From contig OY764159.1 in the NCBI GenBank assembly GCA_963668175.1, positions 3,776,001-3,840,000 of the forward strand: a stretch of 64,000 nucleotides of DNA, read 5' to 3'. Below, piece by piece: positions 48,839 to 59,509 of this stretch (position 1 is the stretch's first letter; each line of letters begins with the position of its first letter). This DNA comes from Syntrophales bacterium. GTDB lineage: Bacteria > Desulfobacterota > Syntrophia > Syntrophales > PHBD01. The notes beneath the pieces were generated by a model, which worked only from the letters and a program-made list of their open reading frames with translations, searched no databases and was not told the DNA's origin. Both the position numbers and the translations under genes were made by a program.

Positions 48839-49381
48839 ATGACACGAGAAGAAAAGATTGAGGAAATACGCCAGCGCGCCCGGAAGAATTTTTCCCTGGG
48901 GTACAATTGTGCCGAATGCGTGACCGAAGCCGTTTTAAGTCTCGTTGACACGGGACTCCCGCCTGAAGTGAAGAAAGTGGCTACAGGGTTTGGCGGCGGC
49001 ATCGGGCTTTTCGGAGATACATGCGGAGCCTTGGCGGGGGCCGTTATGGCCGTAAGCGCCGTTCACGGAAGGGCATCTCTTCCCGAGGGAGCAGACCCCA
49101 AGGAAGTCGCCATGAAATCAAAACAGAACTTCTATGGCAAACCGGGCGTTTACAGGATTTTCAATCAGGTGCCCAACCGCTTCATGGCCAAGCACGGCAA
49201 GACCCTGTGCCGGGAATTGACGGTTTTATGGCAGGACTCCTGGCTTTGCAAGGAGCACGCCCTTTTCTGCCGGGAATTGATCACCGACGCCGCAGGCATC
49301 GCCGCGGACCTCATCCTTTCCGACAAGGCGGAACTGTCCATGAAACCGTTCGGAAAAAACGTGGAAAACCTGAAAGACTGA
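48839..49381 (+). CDS. C-GCAxxG-C-C family putative redox-active protein
   Basis: YNCAE, GFGGG...TCGALAG, LCREL, FC; TAAGGAGG SD. Confidence 0.88.
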   Translation: MTREEKIEEIRQRARKNFSLGYNCAECVTEAVLSLVDTGLPPEVKKVATGFGGGIGLFGDTCGALAGAVMAVSAVHGRASLPEGADPKEVAMKSKQNFYGKPGVYRIFNQVPNRFMAKHGKTLCRELTVLWQDSWLCKEHALFCRELITDAAGIAADLILSDKAELSMKPFGKNVENLKD

Positions 49382-49584
49382 AGTCTGTCCGGTGAATACC
49401 TGAGGCGTAACGAGATAAAATATAGCGAGTTACATCCTTCGGAAGCATACCGGAGGCCTGAGCGCAGAGGTGTTGAATCGTTGCGCATGCAAGGATCCTT
49501 CCGGGACGTCGCGGAGTTTTCGAAGACGACACCCGGAAGACATCCGGCAGCGACGAGAAAAAACAGAAGGAGAATGCAGGAGAC

Positions 49585-50919
49585 ATGGGACGTAAACTGG
49601 TAGTAATCGGCGGCGGTGCGGCAGGCCCCTCTACGGCCGCGGAAGCGAAGAGAAGAGACAAGTCGCTTGACGTTACGATGATTGAAGGAGGCAACTTCGT
49701 CTCTTACGCGGCCTGACCGATGCCTTATTACATCGGTGATGTAATCAAAGATTACAAGCGGCTGGTGATCCGGACACCCGAAGATTTCGAAAAAACGGGC
49801 GTCCATGTGAAAATCAATACCCGCGCGGAAGACATCGACGCCCAAAAGGGCCTGGTCCGCTTATCCGACCAATCGAGCCTGCCTTACGACATTCTGGTCA
49901 TGGCCACCGGAGCCGCAGCGCAACGCTTGAACATTCCGGGCGCCGACATGGAAGGTGTTTTCGTTCTCAGAGATCTCGGCGATGCCCTTAAGATTAAAGC
50001 CTACTTGAACGAGAAGACCTGCCGTAAAGCCGTTCTTATCGGCGCCGGCTACGTCGGGATGGAAATGTGCGAGGCATTGCGGAATCTCGGTATCGAGACG
50101 ACCGTTCTCGATATCCTTCCCCGTCCTGTTGTTCGCTGGGATGCGGAATTTTCAAAACTGGTCCTCGAAGAACTGGGAAAGAACAACGTCCCTTTCCTGG
50201 CGGAGACGAAACCCCTTGCCATCGAACCGGGGAAAGAGAGCCGCCTTATCCTGAGAACCGACAAGGGGGACATGGATGCGGACCTTATCTTAATGGGCGT
50301 CGGCACCCGTCGGGATATGACACTGGCAAAAGCCGTGGGCATCGAGGCGGGCGCCAGCGGCGCCATCAAAGTGGATTCCCGGCAGCGGACATCTATTCCC
50401 GATATCTACGCCGTCGGCGACTGCTGCGAGGTCTTTCACAAAGTAGCCAACCGCTGGGTCTATTTCCCTCTGGGCGACATCGCCAACAAGCAGGGTCGCG
50501 TAGCCGGCCAGAACATCGGCGGAAATCCCGCCGAATTCCCCGGTATCGTTGGCGCCCAGTCTTTCAAGGCGTTCAACCTTGAAGTCGGGGCCACGGGACT
50601 TACGGAAGACGAAGCGACATTGTATGGATTCCAGCCTGTAAGTTCCCTCATCTGGGGGCTCCCCATCGGGCGGCCGATGGCAAAAGGCGAGAAACTGGGG
50701 ATAAAACTCATAGCAGACAAGACCACGGGAAAGCTTATCGGTGGTCAATGCATCGGTGAAAAAGGGGCCATTCAGCGCGTTTTCGCCTTGTCCGTAGCAC
50801 TATGGTCGGGTTTGCACATCGATGAAGTCGGCTACCTGGACTTTCCTTATGCACCGCCTTTCGGCGGCGCCTGGGATGCCATTCACATCGCCGCCCAGGA
50901 TCTGGCGAGAAAGATATAA
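49585..50919 (+). CDS. probable selenocysteine-containing CoA-disulfide reductase/NADH oxidase family flavoprotein (444 aa, Sec44)
   Basis: ATG 49585 behind AGGAG; GGGAAG FAD motif; SYAA-TGA-PMPY where the family has SYAAC/SFANC-GxPY; in frame with track ORF 49720..50919 (ATG, GAGYVG, YAVGD, ANKQG, YAPPF). Confidence 0.88.
49727..49745 (+). promoter_or_regulatory. putative bacterial SECIS element
   Basis: Perfect 8-bp stem ATTACATC-GGT-GATGTAAT; G-first loop starts 18 nt after UGA 49714-49716. Confidence 0.7.
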
Positions 50920-50980
50920 CAAGCATAGGCCTCACGGGGGACAGGTCGCAGGTTACACAAGAACATTCAGGAGGTCGGCA

Positions 50981-51301
50981 ATGGCGGCAAGTGCGTCGGG
51001 AGTAGAGATGATCGCAATAAGTATGGACGGTAAGGTACACCGTGTCTATCAGGGTTTGTCCGGTACCTTTGCCGGTCTGTCTTATTGCTGCGTCGATAAA
51101 AGGATGCTGCCCGGTTTTTTCGAGAAAGACCTGGTTGCGGAAGCCGCGTTAAAAGACCGGAAGCTTTCCCTTTCGCTTTCGGGACATCTCTCCAGATCGG
51201 AATTGCTGGAGATATTGGAAACAGCTTTACTGAACATGGTGGCCTTCCCCCTCCCGGGGAGCAAGGCCGATTTCTTCATAGAGGCTAAATCCAACAAATA
51301 A
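50981..51301 (+). CDS. hypothetical protein (106 aa) with vicinal CC
   Basis: CAGGAGGT SD; fills the gap between the flavoprotein and dehydratase genes; SYCCVD. Confidence 0.6.
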   Translation: MAASASGVEMIAISMDGKVHRVYQGLSGTFAGLSYCCVDKRMLPGFFEKDLVAEAALKDRKLSLSLSGHLSRSELLEILETALLNMVAFPLPGSKADFFIEAKSNK

Positions 51302-51312
51302 GGGAGGTCATT

Positions 51313-52761
51313 ATGGCATTAAAGACGGCGAACGAATTTTTGGACAGCATCAAAAAAATGAAGCCCCGTGTATACTGCGGAGGGAAATGGGTCACGAATC
51401 TCTTGGACAATCCCGTTACCCGATCGATGGTCATGGCCAACTCGGCAATCTACGGACTGGCGGAAGACCCGAACAACAAAGAGGTCATGGTGGCGACATC
51501 CCACTTGACGGGGGAACCGATCAACCGTAACCTTAACGTGGCCAGAAACATCCACGACCTGGATATGCGCCAGGAAATGGCCCTGCTCACCAGCCAGACC
51601 GTCGGCACCTGCAACTACCGCTGTGTCGGCTGCGACGCCTTAAACAGCCTGGCTGCCACGACATGGGAAATGGACCGCGATCTGGGCACGAAATATAATG
51701 AGCGATTCAATAAATGGCTCACCTATGCGCAGAACAACGACCTGGCCGTTTCCGGCGCAATTACCGACGCCAAGGGCGATCGCAAGAAGAGGCCTTCCCA
51801 GCAGGACGACATCGATACCTATATCCACTTAAACGAAAAGCGCGACGACGGCATCGTGGTAAGCGGAATCAAGGTCAGCCAGAGCGGAGCCATCGGTTCC
51901 CATGAAACACTCGTCCTCCCGGGCGGTGGAATGAAGGAAGGAGAGGAAAAATTCGCCTTGGCCTTCGCCGTTCAGAACAGTGCTCCAGGCGTGACGTATA
52001 TCTGCCAGTACAACGCCTACTCGGCGGAACGGGCTGCATGCGACAGCGAAGACGAACTGGGAAATCCGATTTACGGCCAGCGGGAAACTTCGACGATGGT
52101 CTTCGACAACGTCTTTATCCCCTGGGAGCGGGTCTTTCTTTGCGGCGAAACGAAATACTGCGGCAAGATGGTTACCCGCTTCGCCAAGGCCCATCGCATG
52201 AACTGCGGCGGCGCCTGCAAGGTCGGATTCGCCGACCTGATTATCGGCGGCGCCATGATGGCAGCCGAATTAACGGGTGTTGAAAAAGTCCCGCACATCC
52301 AGGAAAAAATCATCGATATGGTCCGTTTCAGCGAAACCTCCCACGCTTGCGCCATCGCTGCCGCCATGCGGGGCAGAGAGGAGCCCAAGGGTTCGGGCGT
52401 CTACCTCCCGGACGATCTCTTCGGCAACGCCGCCAAGCTGAACATCGCCCACGGCTTCTGGGAAATACTGAAGAATGCCGGGGATATCGGCGGCGGGCTC
52501 GTCGTCACCATGCCGAGATTGAAAGACCTGGACAACCCGGAAGTCGGTCCGATGTTGAAGAAGGCATTTACAGCCGCCGGTCCGGCCGATCAGCGCTTAA
52601 AAGTCGCCAAGTTCCTGCAGCACTGGACGGCAGGCCTGCACGGGCCGGGGACATGGCATGGCGCCGGCGCGCCCCAGTCTCAGCGGGTCATGTTTACGGT
52701 CCTTACGGATTTCGAAACAAAGAAGAAAATGGCCAAGAAACTGATGGGCATGAAGGAATAA
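51313..52761 (+). CDS. 4-hydroxybutyryl-CoA dehydratase (AbfD)/HpaB-family FAD-[4Fe-4S] protein, atypical active site
   Basis: CNYRCVG.D, TDAKGDR..RPSQQ.D, VFDNVFIPWERVFLCGE, HRMNCGGACKVG, HGAG.PQ.Q. Confidence 0.88.
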   Translation: MALKTANEFLDSIKKMKPRVYCGGKWVTNLLDNPVTRSMVMANSAIYGLAEDPNNKEVMVATSHLTGEPINRNLNVARNIHDLDMRQEMALLTSQTVGTCNYRCVGCDALNSLAATTWEMDRDLGTKYNERFNKWLTYAQNNDLAVSGAITDAKGDRKKRPSQQDDIDTYIHLNEKRDDGIVVSGIKVSQSGAIGSHETLVLPGGGMKEGEEKFALAFAVQNSAPGVTYICQYNAYSAERAACDSEDELGNPIYGQRETSTMVFDNVFIPWERVFLCGETKYCGKMVTRFAKAHRMNCGGACKVGFADLIIGGAMMAAELTGVEKVPHIQEKIIDMVRFSETSHACAIAAAMRGREEPKGSGVYLPDDLFGNAAKLNIAHGFWEILKNAGDIGGGLVVTMPRLKDLDNPEVGPMLKKAFTAAGPADQRLKVAKFLQHWTAGLHGPGTWHGAGAPQSQRVMFTVLTDFETKKKMAKKLMGMKE

Positions 52762-52769
52762 TCAGGAAC

Positions 52770-52808
52770 AAAAACCCCGGACCGTTTCTTCGGATGGTCC
52801 GGGGTTTT
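52770..52808. terminator. bidirectional intrinsic terminator
   Basis: AAAAACCCCGGACCGTT-loop-GATGGTCCGGGGTTTT between convergent genes. Confidence 0.85.
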
Positions 52809-52829
52809 ATTCCCCGATGAAACGTTGTC

Positions 52830-55800
52830 TTATACCCTACCGTCCAAAACGTCCCGGACAATCCTGCCCAGGTCCTTTTTCGCAAAGGGCTTCATGATAA
52901 AAGCCCTGATTCCAAGTACCTTTGCCCGTGTTTCATCGATATACTCGCTGAATCCCGTGCACAGTATAATGGGTATATCCGATCTGATTTTCATGATTTC
53001 TCTTGCCAGCTCACTTCCCGGCATTGTCGGCATCGTCATATCCGTGATGACCAGATCGAATTGCGCAGGATCGGCGATAAACATCTTTAAGACCTCCACG
53101 CTGCTTGTCCCCGCCGTTACTTTATAACCGAGAGATTCGAGGATCATTCGGGCCAGATCAAGGAGTATCTTGTCGTCATCCGCATACAGGATATGTTCGT
53201 GTCCACGGGAAATGGTTTCCTCGCCGGCTATCTCCATTTCTGTGTCCTCTTTCTCGATTGAGGGAAGATAGACGTCGAAAATCGCGCCTTTCCCGCTTTC
53301 GCTGGTTACGTAAATCATACCGTCGTGATTCTTAACAATGCCGTAAACGACGGAAAGCCCAAGACCGGTCCCTTCTCCCGTCGCCTTGGTCGTGAAGAAA
53401 GGTTCGAAAATGCGTTCCTCGACGGCAGGATCTATCCCCGGTCCCGTATCGGCCACGCTCAATTTGATATAAAAACCGGGTCGAAAATCGGAATGGCCGG
53501 GTAATTTTTCAACCCGCAGATCCGCCTGTGAAAGATCGACCGTAAGGATACCCCCCTTCTCTCCCATAGCCTGGGCGGCATTTGTGCACAGATTCATGAT
53601 GATCTGGTGCATCTGGGTAATATCCGCATTGATCGTGCAGGAGGCATTGGTTATCTTCTGACGGATTTCAATTGTTGTCGGGAAGGTGGAACGGATGAGT
53701 TTGAGGGCCTCTTTCGCAATCGGTCTCAGATCGACGGGTTTCTTTTCATAGTCCGTATGGCGGCTGAAGGTCAGGATTTGCTTGACGAGGTTCTTCGCTC
53801 GGCTGGAGGCATTCAAAACTTCACTGAGTTTGCGACGGCGGCTTATGGGATCGTGTTCATCGAGCGACAACTCCGTGTAGCCGATAATCGCCGCCAGGAT
53901 GTTATTGAAATCATGGGCGATACCCCCGGCCAGCGTACCGATGGCTTCCATTTTCTGGGCTTGATGGAACTGCGTTTCTAAGTGGACACGTTCCGTTATA
54001 TCCTGGACCGTCTGAACAGCCCCGGCTACTTTTCCGGCCGGATCGAAAATTCTCGCCGCCTGAATGGATACGATCCTCTCTTCGCCATCCGGCCAGATCC
54101 TGCCGGTACTCTCGAATCGTCCGGAGAACTGGGCATTCTTCAGAATCCCCCGGTGACCGAATTTTGTCATGACTTCATCGTCCGTCATGTTCAGAAGGAG
54201 TTCGGCAAGGGATGGATGCGCTTTTCCCTTGAAAAGATGGCTGATATCCAATTCTCGTCCCATGACGTCCTCTTTTGACTTCCCCATGAAGATTTCGCTG
54301 CTCCGGTTCCAGAGGACAACTGTCCGGTCGCGGTCGATGACAAAGGCGGAAATGGGAATCCTGTCAAGGATGGCCACAAGGCGGTCGTGTTCTTGGGACA
54401 AGGCCTCTTCCATCCGGCGCCTTTCGGTGATGTCCCTGATTGATTCAATGGCGCCGACGATGGCGCCCCTTGTGTCATAAAGAGGCGCGGCCGTTCCGAG
54501 CAGGTACGCCTTTCGTCCCTGCAGGTTATGTATGTATGCCTCCCCGATGATTAAATCGTCCTGTCTTTTGATACCTTCATATTTGTTTTCAAGGCCTTCC
54601 CGAGGTTCAAACACCAGGTCGATGAGTATCGGCCTTTTCACACCATAAAAGGGGATTGCGTATTCATAATCCCCTTTCCCGAGGATATCCACGGCCATGA
54701 ATCCGGTCAGGGCTTCTATGGCCCGGTTCCAGGCGATCACCCTTCCTTCTCTGTCGATGACCATAGTCGCATCCGGCAGGAAGTTGATAATGTCGGAAAG
54801 GCGGCGTTCGCCTTCATGCAGAGCCTTTTCCGCCTGCTTACGCCGGGTGATATCAATGATAGTTCCTGAAACCAAGTTCTCTTCAAGAACGCAGGAAGTC
54901 AGGATAAATTTTGTTTCCCCGGATTTCGAAAGAACCTCTATCTCGTAATTCAGGACACGGCCATATTGCTGAAGCGACTCAAGGAATTTTCTCCGGTCGT
55001 TCCAGTCCTTATACAATGTTACGGCGTTCACTCCTATCATCGCGTTTGCCGACTCATATCCGAATATATCGGCATAGGCCTGGTTCGCGAATAATATCCG
55101 GCCGTCCGCACTCGCCTGATAAACACCGACAGGTGTATTGTCGACGAGATCCCGGTACTTCTTCTCGGAACGCCTCAGATCTTCTCCGATTTTCTTGCGC
55201 TCCGTATTGTCCCGGATACATTCGATCGCACCGATGATCTCGCCCTTCGAATTGCGGAGGATTGATGCCGTGGCGGAAAGATGGGCCCCTCGGCTCCCCT
55301 GCAGGGCCGGCGTATAGGATTCTCCGAAGAGAATCTCACCTCTTCTTTCGAACGTCGTATATTGCTTCTCAAGCTCCTCATCGGGATTCAGAACGAGATC
55401 GATAAGGGTCGGACGTCTCACACCGTAGAAAGGAACGCCATGTTCATAATTTCCCTTACCGATCATGTCTTTGGAATCGACTCCTGTCATGTCTTCCATG
55501 GCCCGGTTCCAGGCGATCACCTTTCCCTCCCGGTCGATAACCATGGTCGCATCCGGCAGAAAGTCGATAATGGTAGCCAGTTGCCGCTCGCTTTCCCGAA
55601 GGGCCTGTTCGACCTTCTTCCTCTCGGTAATATCACGGATCGACTCAATGGCCCCCGTCAGGGCGCCTTTACTGTCGTATAAAGGGCTGGCGATGCCCCA
55701 GAGGATACATGGCCTGCTTTCGGTGGACACGTCCGCTTCGGCCAGGAGCGAGCCGTCTTCGCTGCGCTGCACAAAAAGATACCTTTTTTCAATATCTTCT

Positions 55801-57332
55801 TCGGTTTGAAAGACGAGATCGATCAGAATCGGTCGCCGAACCCCGTAAAAGGGCAAGGCATATTCGTAATTCCCCCTGCCCAGCATTTTAGAAGCGCCGA
55901 TTCCGGTCATTTCCTCAATGGCCCTGTTCCAGGCGATGACACAGCCTCCTTTGTCGATGACAAAGGTCGCATCGGGCAGAAAATCAATGATATGGGCGAG
56001 CCGCTGCCGGGATTCCCTCAACTCGTCGTCGGCCTTCTTGCGCTCGGAGATGTCCCTCCAGGTCGTGTATAGAAGCCTTTTTCCCTTTACCTGAATCGAT
56101 GTCAGCATAACATCCAGATAAAGCTCCGTTCCATCCGGACGCTTGCGAACCCATTCGAAGCGGTTCGATCCCTCGGCAAATGCCAGATTGATCATCTTCT
56201 TCGCCTTTTCCGACGACAGCTCCCCATCTGGTTGCCTGTAAGGGGATATATCCTCCGGCGTCAAACCGAGAAGCTGCGATTTGTCCGAAAAACCTGCAAT
56301 TCTCAGGGCGGATTCATTGCAGTCGACGTAGCGGACCCCGTCCGTGATCAGATTGGCGTCGCCGGATTTTTCAAAGAGAAGACGGAAGACCTCCTCGCTT
56401 TCCCTCAGATGATCCTGCATCCGGATTTGCTCGGTAATATCGCGGCAGGTTCCTTCATAATAGAGAATGCCGCCCTGATCGTCGCTGACAGATCTCGCGT
56501 TAACGGCCACCCAGATTTTGCTCCCGTCTTTGCGGCGTACCTGATATTCGATGTTATCGATCCGCCCGTGCGCTTTAAGGAGACCGGAAAATCGCTCTCG
56601 CTCGACAGGATCGGCGTAGTACTCACGGGATATATCCGAAATCGCGTCGATCATCTCCTGTGGCGAGTCGTACCCGCACATGGCGGCCATGGCCGGGTTG
56701 ACCCGGATGAACCGGCCCTCCGGCGTGCTGTGGTAGATACCGACGAGCATGTTTTCATAGATGCTCCGGTAACGCACCTCGCTTTCTCTTAGTGCCTCGT
56801 TTGCCTTCAAAAGGGCAGCCGTCCGTTCCTCGACCTGCATAGACAGTCTTTCCGTAAGCTGGACAAGCTCGGCTTCCGTACGTTTCTTCTCGGTAATATC
56901 GATCGTATTGCCCAGGACGGCTCTCTTGCCCTGGTACATAATCGAAACCACTTTTTCCAACAGCCATCTGACGCTGCCGTCTTTGCAGAGGATTCGATAC
57001 TCATAAGGCGTCGGGTCTCTGCCCTTCAGCATCCCGATACCTGCGGCCCTGACCCGTATCTGATCCTCCGGATGAACAGTGTCGCTTATCAGGGAGAGTT
57101 TCAAAAGTTCTTCTTCGGAATAACCTGAATAGGAGGAAATGTGCGCATTGGTGAAAACGGTTCTGCCGTTCTGGACGATGTAGATACCGGCCTGCACACT
57201 GTCGGCGATGATCCTGAAGACGTTATCCTCCAGGTTCGACAGGGACATATCCTTCCTCAGACTATCAATCTGCAGCCGCAAGCGGGATACTTCCTCAATA
57301 AGTTCTTTTTTGTCTTTTTCGCCGTCGCGCAT
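52830..57332 (-). CDS. cytoplasmic hybrid histidine kinase with about 8 PAS domains and a receiver domain
   Basis: Repeated PAS/PAC units; [46 protein letters not shown]; start 57332 or 57365. Confidence 0.94.
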   Translation of the reverse strand: MRDGEKDKKELIEEVSRLRLQIDSLRKDMSLSNLEDNVFRIIADSVQAGIYIVQNGRTVFTNAHISSYSGYSEEELLKLSLISDTVHPEDQIRVRAAGIGMLKGRDPTPYEYRILCKDGSVRWLLEKVVSIMYQGKRAVLGNTIDITEKKRTEAELVQLTERLSMQVEERTAALLKANEALRESEVRYRSIYENMLVGIYHSTPEGRFIRVNPAMAAMCGYDSPQEMIDAISDISREYYADPVERERFSGLLKAHGRIDNIEYQVRRKDGSKIWVAVNARSVSDDQGGILYYEGTCRDITEQIRMQDHLRESEEVFRLLFEKSGDANLITDGVRYVDCNESALRIAGFSDKSQLLGLTPEDISPYRQPDGELSSEKAKKMINLAFAEGSNRFEWVRKRPDGTELYLDVMLTSIQVKGKRLLYTTWRDISERKKADDELRESRQRLAHIIDFLPDATFVIDKGGCVIAWNRAIEEMTGIGASKMLGRGNYEYALPFYGVRRPILIDLVFQTEEDIEKRYLFVQRSEDGSLLAEADVSTESRPCILWGIASPLYDSKGALTGAIESIRDITERKKVEQALRESERQLATIIDFLPDATMVIDREGKVIAWNRAMEDMTGVDSKDMIGKGNYEHGVPFYGVRRPTLIDLVLNPDEELEKQYTTFERRGEILFGESYTPALQGSRGAHLSATASILRNSKGEIIGAIECIRDNTERKKIGEDLRRSEKKYRDLVDNTPVGVYQASADGRILFANQAYADIFGYESANAMIGVNAVTLYKDWNDRRKFLESLQQYGRVLNYEIEVLSKSGETKFILTSCVLEENLVSGTIIDITRRKQAEKALHEGERRLSDIINFLPDATMVIDREGRVIAWNRAIEALTGFMAVDILGKGDYEYAIPFYGVKRPILIDLVFEPREGLENKYEGIKRQDDLIIGEAYIHNLQGRKAYLLGTAAPLYDTRGAIVGAIESIRDITERRRMEEALSQEHDRLVAILDRIPISAFVIDRDRTVVLWNRSSEIFMGKSKEDVMGRELDISHLFKGKAHPSLAELLLNMTDDEVMTKFGHRGILKNAQFSGRFESTGRIWPDGEERIVSIQAARIFDPAGKVAGAVQTVQDITERVHLETQFHQAQKMEAIGTLAGGIAHDFNNILAAIIGYTELSLDEHDPISRRRKLSEVLNASSRAKNLVKQILTFSRHTDYEKKPVDLRPIAKEALKLIRSTFPTTIEIRQKITNASCTINADITQMHQIIMNLCTNAAQAMGEKGGILTVDLSQADLRVEKLPGHSDFRPGFYIKLSVADTGPGIDPAVEERIFEPFFTTKATGEGTGLGLSVVYGIVKNHDGMIYVTSESGKGAIFDVYLPSIEKEDTEMEIAGEETISRGHEHILYADDDKILLDLARMILESLGYKVTAGTSSVEVLKMFIADPAQFDLVITDMTMPTMPGSELAREIMKIRSDIPIILCTGFSEYIDETRAKVLGIRAFIMKPFAKKDLGRIVRDVLDGRV

Positions 57333-57768
57333 CGAAAAGTCCCGCCGACCGGAAAGATAGAACAAGGGATAGACACCCCGGCGGACGGACCCGAAACGTC
57401 CGTTCGGTATCCCTTGTAATTTGAAGGCTGGTTGATAATCGCCAAAGTATCTGATGAATCAACTATGAAAGAAACATGCCATGAACCAGCCGGACATCAC
57501 AGGCGATTATTATTCAGTATTTACAAAGAGATAAATGTAAGACAAGAAAAATGGGAACGACAGGGAAGGCGTTCATATCTTTTATCCCGGACGGGGCAGG
57601 AACAAGGGTCTTGGAATCAAACATCTTTCCGGAACAGAAATACGACCTTCACATCGCGAGAAAGGTCTTCACCGTATTGACTGGTATGTTTTGTCTGTTC
57701 CAAGAGGCCTTTGTCCCTCTATGACGGCGATCTCATCGGAAAGACTGCTATTCATACCGATAGTCCTG

Positions 57769-57777
57769 TGCTATAAT
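57769..57777 (+). promoter_or_regulatory. extended -10 promoter element
   Basis: TG-C-TATAAT about 30 nt upstream of the phosphoesterase start. Confidence 0.5.
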
Positions 57778-57808
57778 CCTTCCGCAGTTCTTTTTGGGGA
57801 TCATGCCC

Positions 57809-59509
57809 ATGAAGATTATCTACCTTGCCGATATCCATGGCGACTTTGACCGGGTTAAGAGGCTCCTGGCCTCGACCGACGCCCAGGTTTACATCGTCGC
57901 CGGCGACCTCATCGACCGGCCTTTCTTCTCGGAAGCGATGGCGGCCAGGTACAGAAACTTGCAGTCCTCTTTTTCTTCCCTCCAGGGCCGATGGAAAGAC
58001 GATTCGGCCGACTTGGACGATTTTATCGATACCCTTTTGAAACATACGGACCTGGCCGTCGATATCCGGGAACAGGCTGCGGCATACCGGGAGACAACGG
58101 TCCGGGCCCGGAGAAGCATGCAGCAGAAATATAAGATTCTCGAGAGTATCCTGTTTCTGAAAGGTACGTCCCGGATTCTCTGTCTGCCCGGCAATTACGA
58201 CATGGACCTGCAGTATACGTCCCTCCACGGAAGAGATCTGCACCGTCATTGGTATCATGTGGCTGAGCTTCGGATTGCCGGTTACGGAGGGGCCGATGTG
58301 ACCACGCCGGGTATCCCCAATCGATATGCCGTACCCTATAACGCCGATCGCGGTTCAAGCGAAATGACCCGGTTTTTCGCCGAGACATGCCCCGACATCA
58401 TCGTAACGCACAAACCAGCCCACGGGATCCACGATCACGTATCTCCCATGGGGGAAAGCGGATCACCGGAACTGCGAAGATTCTGCGAAGAAAACCAGGT
58501 ATTGTTGTGCCTGACGGGCCACATCCACGATCAATGGGGATTCGAAGAATTCGAGGGAACGATCTTTATGAACCCGTCGAATTTCGGTGCCGTACCGAAG
58601 CCCGGCGGACAGGTGGCCGAAGGCGGGTTCTTTTACGACATTGACACCAGGGATCGGCAGATCATATCGGTTACATTAAGCAAACTGGTGGGCGACAAGG
58701 TTCACGATATCGTGGTTCATGAATCTACCGGGGGGCAATGGAACAAAGATATCGTTGACCGGGAGCGCTTTGGGGCATTGCTTTCGGGCAAGAACTGCGA
58801 CCGGCGGGAGGAAGATGAAAATCGCGTCCCGAAGAGCGACATAGTGCAGAAAATGCGACTGTTTTTTCCGGAACTGGCGACAGCCGGGGCAACAGATGCG
58901 CTCGCAGAGGATGTGGAACGTATTGCCGCCCGGATCGAAAAACAATTCGGCGTGGCGGTTGCCGTGGACCTCCTGGGCGAAGACAGATTGACGACCTCCC
59001 GTGCCTCTTCGGTCCTGGAGGTCGTCGTCTATTTGCGTCGCGATGGAGATAAGACGGGAGGAAAGCATCCGGAAGAAGGCATCGGCCGGCCCGGATGCAA
59101 CGACATTCTGCTGGCTTTGCAGGACGCTTTTTCATCCTTGCCGCGTATACGCGTCGCCGACTGGATCGATCTCAACCGGACAGCCGGTGCCATACAGACT
59201 CACGACTATGAATGCGACGTTGCCCAGCGCTTCGCGGCCTACAGGGCGCTCGCCCGACCCCTCTGCGGATCGGCAGCGGACCTCGTCGAGCGGCAGCTAC
59301 AGGCATCCCCGGCATACCGGAGCGAAATAGAGGGAACCGGCTGTGCCTACATGGAAATATTCCGGAATCTGGCCGGCCGGGCGAAGGACATGAAGGTCTT
59401 CGAAGCCCGCCTGCGGGAACTGGGCATCACGGCACCCCCGGCCTTCAAAAAGAAGATCGAGGCAATCCTTTATGGCCGTAACGAAACGCAAGATCAAGAA
59501 TGTGATTAA
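57809..59509 (+). CDS. calcineurin-like metallophosphoesterase with a C-terminal domain of unknown function
   Basis: ADIHG, AGDL, PGNYD, VTH, TGHIHD; about 70-aa insert after GD; about 230-aa extra C-terminal domain. Confidence 0.85.
   Translation: MKIIYLADIHGDFDRVKRLLASTDAQVYIVAGDLIDRPFFSEAMAARYRNLQSSFSSLQGRWKDDSADLDDFIDTLLKHTDLAVDIREQAAAYRETTVRARRSMQQKYKILESILFLKGTSRILCLPGNYDMDLQYTSLHGRDLHRHWYHVAELRIAGYGGADVTTPGIPNRYAVPYNADRGSSEMTRFFAETCPDIIVTHKPAHGIHDHVSPMGESGSPELRRFCEENQVLLCLTGHIHDQWGFEEFEGTIFMNPSNFGAVPKPGGQVAEGGFFYDIDTRDRQIISVTLSKLVGDKVHDIVVHESTGGQWNKDIVDRERFGALLSGKNCDRREEDENRVPKSDIVQKMRLFFPELATAGATDALAEDVERIAARIEKQFGVAVAVDLLGEDRLTTSRASSVLEVVVYLRRDGDKTGGKHPEEGIGRPGCNDILLALQDAFSSLPRIRVADWIDLNRTAGAIQTHDYECDVAQRFAAYRALARPLCGSAADLVERQLQASPAYRSEIEGTGCAYMEIFRNLAGRAKDMKVFEARLRELGITAPPAFKKKIEAILYGRNETQDQECD

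Noticed and set aside
49720..50919. 399-aa flavoprotein or pseudogene as given by the track
   Set aside because: Lacks the FAD-binding start; better explained by Sec read-through from 49585
57466..57481. Minus-strand sigma54-like box TGGCATGTTTCTTTCA before the multi-PAS kinase
   Set aside because: The -12 dinucleotide is TC rather than GC; too weak to call
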